From NCBI GenBank assembly GCA_009914755.4, contig CP086569.2, forward strand, positions 11,680,001-11,744,000: 64,000 bases of DNA, in the 5' to 3' direction. The stretch comes from the human T2T-CHM13v2.0 reference genome, Homo sapiens. The notes beneath the pieces are model-generated. The model was not told the origin of the DNA, did no database searches, and worked only from the letters and a program-made list of their open reading frames with translations. Below, one piece after another: positions 37,601 to 52,600 of the stretch. Position 1 is the first letter of the stretch, and each line of letters opens with the position of its first letter. The position numbers and the translations under genes were made by a program.

Positions 37601-40600
37601 GAATGGAAAGTAATCAAATGGAATGGAATGGAATGGAATAGAATGCAATTCAATGGACTGGAATCGCATGGAAAGAAGTGGAATAGATTCGAATGCAATG
37701 GAAAAGAAAGGATTGGAATCGAATGGAATGGACTCGAAAGGAATGGAGTGGAATAAAATGGAATTGAATGGATTGGAATCGAACAGAACGGAATGGAGTG
37801 GAATGGAGTGGAATGGAATGGAATGGAATGGAATGGAATGGAATGGAATGGAATGGAATGGAATGGAACCGAATGGAATGGAGTCAAATGGAATGGAAAT
37901 GAATGGAATGGAAAGGAACAGAATGGAATAGTGTGGAATGGATAAATATGGAGTGGAATGGAATGGAATGGAATGGAATCAAAAAGAATGGGCGGGGTAG
38001 TTATGGAATCCAATGGAATGGACTACAACGGAATGGACTCGAATGGAATGGAAACGAAGGGAATGGAAAGGAATAGAATGGGTACGAATAGAATAGAATG
38101 AAATAGGATTGAACAGAATGGAATGCAATGGAGTGGAATGGAATAGAATCCAATGGAATGGCATTTAATGGAATGGAATGGAAAGGAATGGACTCGAATG
38201 AAATACAACAGAATGGAATGACATAAAATTAATTGGAAAGGAATGGAAAGGACCCAAATGTAATGGACTAGATTGGAATTTACTCAAATACAGTGGACTT
38301 GAAAGGAATGGTGTCAAATGGAACTTATTCTAATAGAATGGATTCAAATGGAATGCAGTAGAATGGAATGAAATCGAATGGAATGGATTTGAATGGAATG
38401 CAGTAGTATGGAATGAAATCGAATGGAATGGAATAAAATGGAAATGAATTTAAGTGAATGGACTGGAATAGAACGCATAACAATGTAATAGATTGCAATG
38501 TAATTGGTTTGAAAGGAAAGGATTCCATTGGAATATAATCAAATGGAATGCAATGGTATGCAATGGAATGTAATAGAATGGAATGCAATAAAATGGAATG
38601 GAGTGAAATCAAATGGAATGGAATCGAATGGAATGGAATTGAATGGAATGGATTCGAATGGAATGCACTGGAATGGAATGGATTTGAATGGAAAGGAATG
38701 GAACGAAATCGAATTGAACAGTTTGGAATCGAATGCAATGTAATGGAATGGAATGGAATGGAATGAAATGGAATGGAATGGAATGGATTCGAAAGGAATT
38801 GAAGGCTAGAATAGAACTGAATGGAACTGAATGGAATAGAATGGAATGGAGGGTAATGGAAAGACATCGAAAGGAATGCAATGGAAAGGACTCGAATGGA
38901 AAGGACTGGAATGAAATGGACTCGAGTGGAATGGACTGAAATGGAATGGAGACGAATGGATTGGAATGGAATGGAATGGAAAGGATTGGAATGGAATGGA
39001 ATCTGATGGAATGGAATGGAATGAAGTGGTGTTGAATGGAAAAGAATCATATGGAATGGCATTGAATGGAACGGAATAGAATGGACAGAAATAGAATGGT
39101 ATCGAATGTAATTTATTTGAATAGAATGCAATCGAATGGAATGCAATACTATGGATTGGAATCGAATGGAATGGAACGGAATAGATAGGACTGAAATAGA
39201 ACGGACTCGAATGAAATGGATTGCAATGTAACTCATTCAAATGGAATCGAATTGAATGGAATATCATCTTATGAGATGGAATGCAATGCAAAGAAATGGA
39301 ATAGAAAGCAAAGTAAAGGAAAGGAACGGAGTTGAATCGAGTGTAATGGAATCAAATGGAATGGAATCGAAAGGAAAAGACTGGAATGGAATGGACTCGA
39401 ATGGAATGCATTTTAACAAAATGGAATTGAAAGTATTGGAATCGAACGGAAAGGAATTTAATGGAAAGGAATTGAATAGAATTGAAAGGAATAGAATGGA
39501 ATTGAGTGTAATGGAATGATATCGAATGAAATGGAATGGAAGGTAATGGACTCAAATGGAATGGACTGTAAAGGAATGGACTCGAAAGGAATGGACAGAA
39601 CTGGAAAGGACTCGAATGAAATGGAAATGAATAAAATAATTTTGAATGGAATAGAATAGAATGGAATGGAATCAGATGGAACGGAATGGAATGGAATGGA
39701 CTTGAAAGGAATGGACTCGAAAGAAATAGAATAGAATGGAATGGAAGGGAAGGAGTTTAATGGAAAGATATCGAATGAATTTAAAGGAATGGAATGGAAT
39801 CGAATGGAATAGACTGGATTGGAATTTAATGGAATGGACTGGAGTGGAATTTACTCGAATGGAATAGAATGGAGTGGAATGAACTCGAACGAAAAGTAAA
39901 CAAATGGAATGGAATGGAATGGAGTGGAATGGAATGGAATGGAACGGAAAGGAATAGAATGAAATGGAATCAGGTTGAAAATAATGGAAAGGAATGGAGT
40001 CGAATGGAATGGAATCGAATGAAATGGCATCGACTGGAATAGAATGTAATGGGCTCAAATGGAATGGACTCGAATGGAATAGAATGCAATGGAATGACAT
40101 AGAATGGAATAGAATAGAATGGATTGGAATGGAATGGAATGGACCCAAATGTAATGGACTCGAAAGCAAGGGACTCAAATAGAATGGTCTCAAAGGAATG
40201 GTCTCGAATGGAATTTATTAAAATAGAATGGAATCGAATGGAATACAATAGTATGGACTGGAATCGAATGGAATTCAATAAAGTGAAATGGAATGGAATG
40301 GAATGGAATGGAGTAAAACGGACCAGAATGTAATGGATTGCAATGTAATTTATTAAAATGGAATGGAATTGAATGAGATTTAATCAAATGTAATGGCATG
40401 GAATGCAACGGAATGGAATAAACTGGATTGCAATGGAATTGAACGGAGTGGAATCAAATGCAATGGAACCGAATGGAATGGAATCGATTGGAATTGACTG
40501 CTATTTAATGGACTGATAGGGAATGGACTCGAATGGATAGGACTGGAACAACATGGAATCGAATGCATTTGAACTGAATGGAAAGGAAAAAAATGGAATA

Positions 40601-43600
40601 GAATGGAATGAACTCGAGTAGAATGGAATCGAAAGGAATGGAACTGAATGGAATGAAACTGAATGGAATCAAAAGGAACAGAATGGAATGGAGTGTAATG
40701 GAAAGGCATTGAATGGAATAGAAAGGAATTTAATGGATTCAAATGGAATGGACAGGAATGAAAAGTGGTCGAATTGAGTGGAATAGATTGGAATGGAATA
40801 GAATAGAAAGGAATTGAATGGAATCAAAGGGAATAGAATTGAATGGAGTGTAATGGAAGATATCTAATGGAATGGAATGGAATGGAATGGGCTCAAATGG
40901 AAATGTCGGTAATGGAATGGACTCCAGTGGAATGGCCTGGAGGGGAATGGATTAGAATGGAATGGAAGCAAACGGAATGATATGGAATGGAATGGAATGG
41001 AATGGAATGGAATGGAACGGAATGGAAAGGAATAGAAAGGAATGGAATAGGTTGCAATAGAATGGAATGGAATGGAGTCCAATGGCATAGAACAGAAAGC
41101 AATGGCGTCGAAAGGAATGGAATGGAGTGGAATCGAATGGAACCGACTGGAGTGGAATTGACTCGAATGGAATGGAAACGAGTGGAATGGAAGGTACTGG
41201 AATTGAAAGGAATAGAATGGAATCGGATGGAACTTAATGGAATGCAATGGAGTCGAAAGGAATAAAATCGAAAGGAATGGCATCAAACGGAATGGAATTG
41301 AATGGAATGAACTCGAATGGAACTTATTCAAATGGAATGGAATAGAATAGAATGAAATGACTTCGAATGGAAAAGAATGGAATCTAATGGACCCAAATGA
41401 AATGGACTCGAATGGAATGGACTCAAATATATTGGACTTAAAAGGAATGGTCTCGAATGGAATTTTTTCGAATAGAATGGAATTGAAAGGAATGAAATAA
41501 TATGAAATGGAATCGAAAGGAATGGAATCAAGTGGAATGGACCGGAATGGAATGGACTGGAACGGAACGGACTCGAATGTAATGGAATGCAATGTAATTG
41601 ATTCGAATCGAATGGAACGTAAAGAAATGGAATGGAAAGGAATGCAAAGGAATGTAATAGAATGGAATGAAATGGAATGGATTTTAATGGACCCAAATGT
41701 GATGGACTCGAAAGGAACGTACGCAAATATAATACACTCATAAGGAATGGTTTCGCATGGTATCTATTAGAATTGAATCGAATCGAAAGGAATGCAATAG
41801 TATGGAAAGGAATCGAATGGAATGTGATAAAATGTAATAGACCGGAATGGAATGGACTGCAATAGAATGGACTGTATTGCAACGTAATTGATAAAAATGG
41901 AATGGAATCAAATGGAATGAAATCTAACGGTATGTAATGGAATGCAATTGAGCGGAATAGAATGGAATGCAATGTAATGGAATGGAGTGGATTCAAGTGG
42001 AATGGAATCACATGGAATGGAATCGAATGAAATGGAATTGGATGGAATGGACTGGAATGGAATGGACTCCAATGGAAAAGACTGGAACAAATGGAATAGA
42101 AGGAATTGGAATCGAATGGAAAGGAATGAAATGGAATGGAATGAACTCTATTGGAATGGAGTTCAATGGAATTATACCGAATTTAATGGAATAGAATGGA
42201 ATGGAATTGAATGTAATCAAAAGGAATATAATTGAATGGAGAGTAATGGATAGATATTGAATGGAAAGGAATGGAATGGAATGTGCTCGAATGGGATGGA
42301 TTGAAATTGAATGGATTCGAATGTAATGCAATGGAGTGGAACGGTCAGAAATGGAATGGGAAAGAAGGGAATTGAATGGAATGGAAAGGAATAGAATGGA
42401 ATTAACTCGGATGGAACAAAATGGAATAGAATGGAGTCGTATGGAATGGAATAGAATGGAACAGCATCAAATGGAATGGAGTGGAATGGAATGGACCCAA
42501 ATGTACAGGATTCAAATGAAGTGGAATCAAATAGAATGGACTTGAAAGAAATGGTATCGAATGGAATTTGTCCGAATAAAATGAAATCGAATTTAATGCA
42601 AAAATATCGAATGGAATGAAATGGAATTGAATGGAGTGAACTGGAATAGAATGGACTCAAAGGTAATGGATTTTAATGTAATTGATTCGAATGGAATGGA
42701 ATCGAATGGAACTTAATCAAATGGAATGGAATGGAATGCAATGGAAAGTAGTAGAATGGAATGCAAAGGAAAGGAACAGTGTGGCATCGAGTGGAATGGA
42801 ATCGAATGGAAAGGAATCGAACGGAATGGAATCGAACAGACTGGAGTGGAATGGAATGGACTCGCACTGGAAGAAAATGCAATGGAACGGATTTGAATCG
42901 AACAGAAAGGAATGGAATGGAACGGAATGGAATGGAATGGAATGGACTTCAACGGAATGGATATGAATGGAACGGAACCGATTGGAATGGAACCGAATAG
43001 AATGGAATTGAAAGGATTCAAAAGGAAGAGAATGGAATAGAGTGTAATGGAAAGATATTGAATGGAATGGAATGGAATGGACTCAAATGAATTGGACAGG
43101 AGTGGAATGTACGCTAATGCAAGGGACTGGAGTGGATTGGACACGAATGAATTGGAAACGAATGGAATTGAACGAAAAGGAATGCAATTGCATCCATAGG
43201 AATAGAATGGAATGGAATCGGATGGAACGGAATGGAATGGAATGCAGTAGAATGGAATAGAATACCATGCAATGGTTTCAAAAGGAATAGAATGAAATGG
43301 GACTGGATTCAAATGCAATGGACTCGAAAGGAATAGAACACAATGGACTGGTTTAGAATGGAATGCATTGAAATGGAAAATAATGGAATGGATTCGATTC
43401 AAATGCAATGGACTCAAATGGAATAGAATCGAATGGAATGGCATCGAATGGCATGGAATTGAATGGAATGGATTGGATTGAAATGCAATGGACTTGAATG
43501 GAATGGAATAGAATTGAATATACTGGCATGAAATGCAAAGGAATGGAATGGAATGGAAAGGAAAGAACGGAATGGAATGGACACAAATGTAATGTATTGA

Positions 43601-46600
43601 AATGTAATGGACTCAAATAGAATGGACTCCAAAAGGATTGGTCTCGAATGGAATTTATTCCAATAGAATGGAATCTAATGGAATGCAATACTACGGAATG
43701 GAATCAAATGGAATGGAATTGAATGAAATGTAATCAATCTGAATGGATTGGAATGCAAAGGAATGGAATTCAGTGGAATGCAAAAGAAAAGAAAGGAGTG
43801 GAATTGAGTGCAATGGAGTCGAATGGAATGGTATTAAATGGAATGAAATCGAATGGAATTGACTGGAATGTAATGGACTCGAATGGATTAAACAGGAAAA
43901 AAATGGTGTCGAACAGATTGGAATCTAATGGAATGGAATGGAACGAAATGGAATGGAATGGAATGGAATAGACTCAAAAGGAATGGAGTCGAATTTAATG
44001 GAGTCAAATGGAATGAAATCGAATGGAATGGACTGGAATGGAATTGAAAGTATAGAATGGAATAGAGTGTAATGGAAAGAAATCGAATGGAATGGAATGG
44101 AATGGACTCGAATAGAATGTATCGGAATTAAATGGACTTGAATGTCATGGACTGGAGTTGAATGGACTCGAATGCAATGGAAACGAATGGAATGGAATGG
44201 AGTAGTGTTCAAAGGAGTAGAACGGAAAGGAATAGAATGGAAGGGAAGCGGATGGAATGGAATTAAATGGAATCAAAAGGAATAGAAAGGAAAGGAGTGT
44301 AACAGAAACATATCAAATGGAATGGAATGGACTCGAAAGGAATGGACTGCAATGGAATGGACTCGAATGGAAGGGACTGGAGTAGAATGGCCCCGAGTGG
44401 AATGGAGACGAATTGAATGAAATGGAATGGAAAGGAATGGAATGGAATGGAATGAAGTGTAATGGAAAGAATTAGAATGGAATGGAATCGGATGGAACGG
44501 AATGGAATGGAATGGAGTCGAATGGAATAGAATCGAATGCAATGGCATCAAATGGAATTGAATGGACTCAAAGGGAATAGAATTGAATGGAGTGACATGG
44601 AATGAAATGGATTGTAATGGAATGGACACTAATGTAATGGGATGTAATGGAATGGACTCAAATAGAATGACCCCAAAAGAAATGGTCTCGAAAGTAATTT
44701 ATATGAATAGAATGGAATAGAATAGAATGCAATAGCATAGAATGGAAAGGAATGTAATGGAGGAGAATGTAATGGACCGGAATGGAATGTACTGGAATAG
44801 AACGGACTCGAAAGTAATGCATTGCAATGTAATTGATTTGAATGAAATGGAATCGAATGGAATGTAAACAATTGGAATGGAGTGGAAGGCAATGGGATCG
44901 AATAGAATGTAATGCAATGGAATGGAACGAAGTGGAATCGAATGGAATGGAATCGAATGGAATGTAATAGAATGGAATGGACTGGAAATTAATGATGTGG
45001 AATGGAATGGACTGGAGAGGAATGGACTCGAATTGAATGGAAACGAATGGAATGACATGGAATGGAATGGAATGCAATGGAAAGTAAAGGAATAGCATGG
45101 AATGGAATTGGATGGAACGGAATGGAATAGAATGCAGTCGATTGGAATAGAATCCAATGGAATGTGTTTGAATGGAATGGAATTTAATGGAATAGAACGC
45201 ATTCGAATGGAATGGACTAGAATGGAACAGAATATACTGGAATGGCATCGAATGGAATGGAATGGAATGGAACGGAATAGAAACAAATGTAATGTTCTCA
45301 AATGCAATGGAATCAAATAGAATGAACTTGAAAGGAATGGACTCGAATGGAATTTATTCGAATAGAATGGAATTGAATGCAATGCAATAGTATGGAATGA
45401 AATAGAATGGAATGGAGTTGAATGTAATGGACCGGAATTGAATGGACTGGAATAGAATGGACTAGAAGGTAATGTACTCCAATGTAATTGATTCAAACTG
45501 AATGGAATCAAATGGAATGTAATCAAAAGGAATGGAATTGAATGCAATTGAATGGAACAGAATGAAATGCAAAGGAATGGAAACGAGTAGAATCGAGTGG
45601 AATGGAATCGAGTGGCATGAAATTGAAAGGAATGGAATCGATTGGAATGGATTGGACAGTTGTGGACTCCAATGGATAGGAATTGAACAAAATGGAATCG
45701 AACAGATTTGATTCAAACATAACGGAATGGTATTGCATGGAATGCACTATAATGGAATGGAGTCGAATGGAATGCAGTCGAATGGAATGGAATGATATAC
45801 AACGGAATTGAATGGAATCGAAAGGAATACAATGGAATGGAGTGTATGGAAAGAAATCGAAAAGAATGGATACGAATGTAATGGACTGTTGTTGAATGGA
45901 CTCGAATGGAATGGAAACGAATGGAATGTAATGGAAAGGAGTGGAATGGAATGGAATGGAATGGAATAGAAAAGAATGGAATGTAATGGAAAGGAGTGGA
46001 ATGGAATGAAAAGGAAATCAATATAATAGAATGTAATTATATGGAACAGAATAGAATTAAAAGGATTGGAATGGAATACAATCAAATGGGATGGGATCAA
46101 ATGAAATGGAATGGAATTTAATGGAATGGACCCAAATGTAATGGACTCGAATGGAATTGACTCAAATAGAATGGACTCGAAAGGAATGGTCTTGAATGGG
46201 GTTTATACAAATAGAATGGAATCGAATGGAATGGAATAGAATGGAATTGAATGGAATGGAATGGAGTCGCTGGGAATGGACCGGAATGGAATGGACTGGA
46301 AAATAACGGACACGAATGCAATGGATTGCAAGGTAACTGATTCGAATGGAATGGAATCGAACGCAATGTAATCAAATGGAATGGAATGGAATGCAGCGGA
46401 ATGAAAGCAAATGGAAGGCATTTGAATGGAACGGAGTTAAATCGAGTGGAATGGATTCTAATGGAACGGAATCATATGGAATGGAATGTAATGGAATGGA
46501 ATAGAATGGACCTAAAGGTAATAGACTCTAATACAATGTACTCGAAAAGAATGGCAGCGAATGGAATTTATTCGAATACAATGGAATTGAATAAAATGCA

Positions 46601-49600
46601 ATAGTATGGAATGGAATAGAATGGAATGGAATTGATTGCAATCGAAAGAAATAGAATGGAATGCAGTGTAATGGAAAGATATTGAATGGAATGTAATGGA
46701 ATGGACTCAAATGGACAGGACGTTAATGGAATGGTTTTGAATGGAATGGACTAGTGTGGAATGGATTCGAATGGAAAGTAAAAGAATAGAAAGGAAATGA
46801 ATGGAATGGAATGGAAAGGAATACAATGGAAAGGAATTAGATGGAATGGAATGGAATGGAATGGAGTCGAATGGAAGAGAATAGAATGGAGTGGCATTGA
46901 ATAGAATGGAGTGGAAGGGAATAGAATGGTTATGAAAGGGATGGATTCGAATGGAATAGAATCGAATGGAATGGCATGGAATGGAATGGAATGGAATGCA
47001 ATGGAATGGAATGGAATTCAATGGAATGGAATGGAAAGGACCCAAATATATTGGACTCAAATGGAATGCACTCAAATAGAATTGATTCAAAAGGAATGGT
47101 TTCAAATGAATTTATTCTATTAGAATGTAATCGAACGGAATACAATAGAATGGAATGGAATCGAAGATAATGGAATAGAATTGAATGGAATGGAATGGAA
47201 GGGACTGTAATAGAACGGACTCGAATGTAATGGATTCCAAAGTAATTGCTTTGAATGGAATGGAATTGAATGGAATATAATAAAATGTAATGGAATGGAA
47301 GGCAATAGAATGGAATAGAGTGGAATGCAGTGGAATGGAAAGGAGTGGAATCGAGTGTAATGAAATCAAAAGGAATGGAATCGGATGGAATGGAATTGAT
47401 TGGAATGGACTGGAATGTAATGGACTCGAATGGTTTTGACTAGAAAAAAATCAAATCGTACAGACTGGAATTGAACAGAAGGGAATGGAATGGAATAGAA
47501 TTGAATGGAATTGAGTTGAATGTAATGTAGTCGAATGGAATGGAATCGAATGGAATGGAATATAATGGAATTCAATGACATAGAAAGGAATATAATGGAA
47601 TGGAGGGTAATGGAAATAAATCGAATGGAATGGAATGCAATGGACTCGGATGGAATATACTGGAATGGAATGGACTCGAATGGTATGGACTGGAGTGCAA
47701 TGGACTAGAATGGAATGCAAACGAAAGGAATGGAATGGAATGGAATGGAATGGAATGGAATGGAATGGAATTTAATGGAATGGAAACAATCGAATGGAAT
47801 GGAATCGGTTGGAATGGAATGTAATTGAATGGAGTCAAATGTAATAGAATCATTTGGAATGGCCTCGAATGGAATGGAATGTAATATAGTGGACTGAAAC
47901 GGAATGGACTCGAATGGAATGGATTGATATAGAATGGAAACAAAAGGATGGACTTGAATAGAATTTATTCGAATAGAATGGAGTTGAATGGAATGCAATA
48001 GTATGGTACGTAATCGAATGAAATAGAATCGAATGGAATTGAGAGGAATGGAATGGCCTGGAAAAGTACAGACCCGAATGCAATGTATTGCAAAGTAATT
48101 TATTCAAAAGGAATTTAGTCGAATGGAACATAATCAACGAAATGGAATGGAATAAAATGGAATGGAATAGAATGGAATGCAATGGAATTGAACAGAGTGG
48201 AATTGATTGGAATGGGAACGAATGGAATGGAATCGAATAGATTGGGCTTGAATGGAATGGACTGTAATGCAATAGACTGGAAAAAACCGGAATTGAACGG
48301 ATTGGAATCAAAGGCAAAGGAAAGGAATTGAATGGAATGGAATGGAATGGATTCAAATACAGTGGAATCAAATGGAATGGAATTGATTGGAATCAAAAGG
48401 AAAATAATTGAATAGAGTGTAATGGAAATATATCGAATGGAATGGAATGGAAAGGAATGGTCTCGAATGGAATGGACTGCAATGGAACGGATTCGAATGA
48501 AATAGAGTGGAGTGGAATGGACTCGAAAGAAAGGAAATAAATGGAATGTAAAGGAAAGGAATAGAATGGAATGGAAACCGGATGGAGCGGAAAGGAATGG
48601 AATGGAAAGGAATCAGATGGAACAGAATGGAATGGAATGGAATGGAATTCAATCTAGACAAACGGAATAAAATCAAATGGAATGACATCGAATTTAATGG
48701 AATGGAATAGAATGGACCCAAATTTAATGGAGTCAAATGGAATGGACACAAATAGAATGGATATGAAAAGAATGGTCTCGAATGTAATTAATATGAATAG
48801 ACGGGAATAGGATGGAATGCAATAGTATGGAAAGGAATCGAATGGAATGGAAACGAATGGAATGGACCGGAATGGAATGGAATGGAATAGAACGGACTCG
48901 ATTGTTACATATTGCAATGTAACGGATTCAAATGGAATCGAAAGGAATATAATCAAAAGTAATGGAATGGAATGCAATGCAATGGAATTGAAAGAAATGA
49001 AATGGAATGGAACAGAGTGGAATTAAGTTGAATGGAATCGAATGGAATGGAATCGAGTGGAATGGAACCGAGTGGAATGGAGTTGAATGGAATGGACTGG
49101 AATAAATTGGAATAGAATGGATTGGAAACGAACGGAACGAAATTGAATGGAAACGAATGGAATGGAATGGACTCGAATGGAATGGGGTCGAATGGAATGC
49201 AATTGAATGGATTGGAATTAAATGGAATTGAATCGAATGAAATGGAATTGAAAGGAATCGAAAGTTATAGAATAGAATGAGGTGCAATGGAAGGAACTGG
49301 AATTGAATGGAATGGAATGGAATGGAAACGAATGGAATGGAATGGACTCGAATGGCATAGACTGGAAAGGAATGAACTCGAATCAAATGGAGTCGAAAGG
49401 AATGGAATCGAATGTAATGAAATTGAAAGGAATGAAATTGAAAGGAATTAAAGGAATAGAAAGGAATGGAGTGAAAAAGAAATATATCATATGGAATGGA
49501 ATGGAATGGACTGGAATTGAATGGACTTGAATGGAATGGACTGGAGTGGAATGGACTCGAATGAAATGGACTGGAGTGGAATGTACTAGAATCGAATTGA

Positions 49601-52600
49601 AATGAAGGAATGGAATGGAATGGAATGGAATACTATGAAATGGAACCTTATAGAACAGAAAGGAATGGAATGCAGACGCATGGAATAGAATCTAATGGAA
49701 AGGCATAGGATGGAAAGACTAGAATGGAATGGACTCAAATGAAATGGATTCGAACAGAATATAATTGAATGGAATGGCATCGAGTGGAATGGAATGGAAT
49801 GGGATGGAAGGGAAAGGAACCAAATGTAATGGAGTCTAATGGAATGTACTTAAATAGAATGAACATGAAGGGAATGGTTTCGAACAGATTTTATTCGAAT
49901 AGAATGGAATCGAATGTAATGTAATATTATGGAATGTAATAGAATGGAATGGAATCGAATAGAATAGAATGGAATGGACTGGAATGGAATTGAACGGACT
50001 CTCATGGATTGCAATGTAATAGTTTCGAATGAAATGGAATCAAATGGAATGTAATCAAATGGAATGGAATGGAATGCAATGGAATGGAATAGAATGCAAT
50101 GCAATGGAATGAAACAGAGAATAGTGTGGAATGGAATCGAATGGAATGGAATCGAATGGAATGGACTGGAATGGAAAGGAATCCAATGGAATGGACTGCA
50201 ACAAAATGGAACTGAACAGATTGGAATCGAACTGAATGGAATGAAATAGAATAGAATGGAATGGACTCTAATGGGATGGAGTCGAATGGAACCAAATCAA
50301 ATGGAATGGAGTGGAATGGAGTGGACACGCATGGAATGCACTGGAACAAAATGGAATGGAACGGATTGGAATCGAACAGAAAGGAATGGAATGGAATGGA
50401 ATGGAATGGAATGGAATGGAATGGAATGGAATGAAATGGAATGGAAAGGACTTGAAAGTAATGGAGTTGAATGGAATGTAACCGATTGGAATGGAATCGA
50501 ATGTAATGGAATTGAGTGGATTCAAAAGGAATAGAATGGAATGGAGTGTAGTGGAAAGATATTGAATGGAATGGAATGGAATCAAATGGATTGGACAAGA
50601 GTGGAATGGACGCGAATGGAAAGGAATGGAGTGGAATGGACACGAATGAATTGGAAACGAATGGAATTGAATGAATAGGAATGAAATTGCATGCAAAGGA
50701 AAAGAATGGAACGGAAACGGATGGAACGGAATGGAATGGAATGCAGTAGAATGCAATTGAATACAATGGAATGGTTTCGCATGGGATGGAATGAAATGGA
50801 ATGGAATGGAATGGATTGGATTCCAATGCAATAGACTCGAATGGGATAAAATAAAATGGAATGGTTTCGAATGGAAGGGAATGGAATGGATTGGATTGAA
50901 ATGCAATGGACTCAAATTGAATAGAATCGAATACATCAAATGGCATGGAATTGAATGGAATGGATTGGATTGAAATGCAACGTACTCAAATGGAATAGAA
51001 TCGAATTTAATGGCATGAAATGCAATGGAATGGGATGGAATGTAAAGGAATGGAATGGAATGGACTGGACACACATGTGATGTACTCAAATAGAATGGAC
51101 TCCAAAAGGATTGGTCTCGAATGGAATTTATTCGAATGGAATGGAATCTAATGGAATGCAACACTATGGAATGGAATCAAATGGAATGGAATTAAATGGA
51201 AAGTAATCACACGGAATAGATTGTAATGCAATGGAATGGAAGTCCATGGAATGCAAAGGAAAGGAATGGAGTGGAAATGAGTGGAATGGAATTGAATGGA
51301 ATAGAATCAAATGGAATGCAATCGAGTGGAATTGACCGGAATGTAATGGACTCGAATGGATTAGACAGGGAAAAAACGGAGTAGAACAGAATGGAATAGA
51401 GTGGAATGGAATGGAATGGAATGGAATACACTGGATCCAATTTAATAGACTCAAAGAGAATGGAATCGAAAGGAAAGGTAGCGAATGGAATTTATTCAAA
51501 TACAATGGAATTGAATAAAATGCAATAGTATGGAATGGAATCGAATGGAATGAAATTGAAGGGAATCGAAAAGAATAGAATGGAATGCAGTATAATGGAA
51601 AGACATCGAATGGAATGGAATGTAATTGACTCAAATGGTCAGGAGTTGATTGGAATGGTCTTGAAGGGAATGGACTGGAGTGGAATGGACTCGAATGCAA
51701 AGTAAACGAAAGGAAAGGAATTGAATGGAATTAATGGAAAGGAATAGAATGGAACGGAATTGGATGGAATGGAATGGAGTCGAATGGAATAGAATAGAAT
51801 GGAATGGCATTGAATTGAATGGAGTGGAATGGAGTGGAGTGGAAACAAATGGGATGGATTCGTATGGAATAGAATCGAATGGAATAGCATCGAATGGAAT
51901 GGAATGGAATGGTATGGAATGGATTGGAATGGAAAGGACCCAAATATATTGGACTCAAATGGAATGCACTCAAATAGAATGGACTCAAAAGGAAGGGTTT
52001 CGAATGTATTTATTCAATTAGAATGTAATCAAATGGAAGGTAATAGAATGGATTGCAATCTAAAATAATGGAATCAAATTGAATGTACCAGAATGGAATG
52101 GATTGGTATACAACGGACTCGAATGTTATGGGTTCCAATGAAATTGATTCGAATGGAATGGAATTGAATGGAATATAATCAAATGTAATGGAATGGAAGG
52201 CAATGGAATGGAATAGAATGGAAAGCAGTGTAATGAAATGGAGTGCAATCGAGTTCAGTGGAATCAAAAGGAATGGAATCGAATGCAATGCACTGGAATG
52301 GAAAGGAATCAAATGGAATGGACTGCAACAAAATGGAATTGAACAGATTGGAATCGAACTGAATGGAATGAAATAGAATGGAATGGAATGGAGTCGAACT
52401 GTATGGGGTCGAATGGAATGGAATCGAATGGAATAGAATCGAATGGAATCGGATTGAGTGGAATGGAAGGGAGTGGAATGGAATGAAATCAAATGGAATG
52501 GATTCAAATGGAATAGAGTCGAGTAGAACGGCATCAAATGGAATGGAATGGAATATAATGGAATGGAAAGGAATGGAATGGAATGGACCCAAATGTAATG

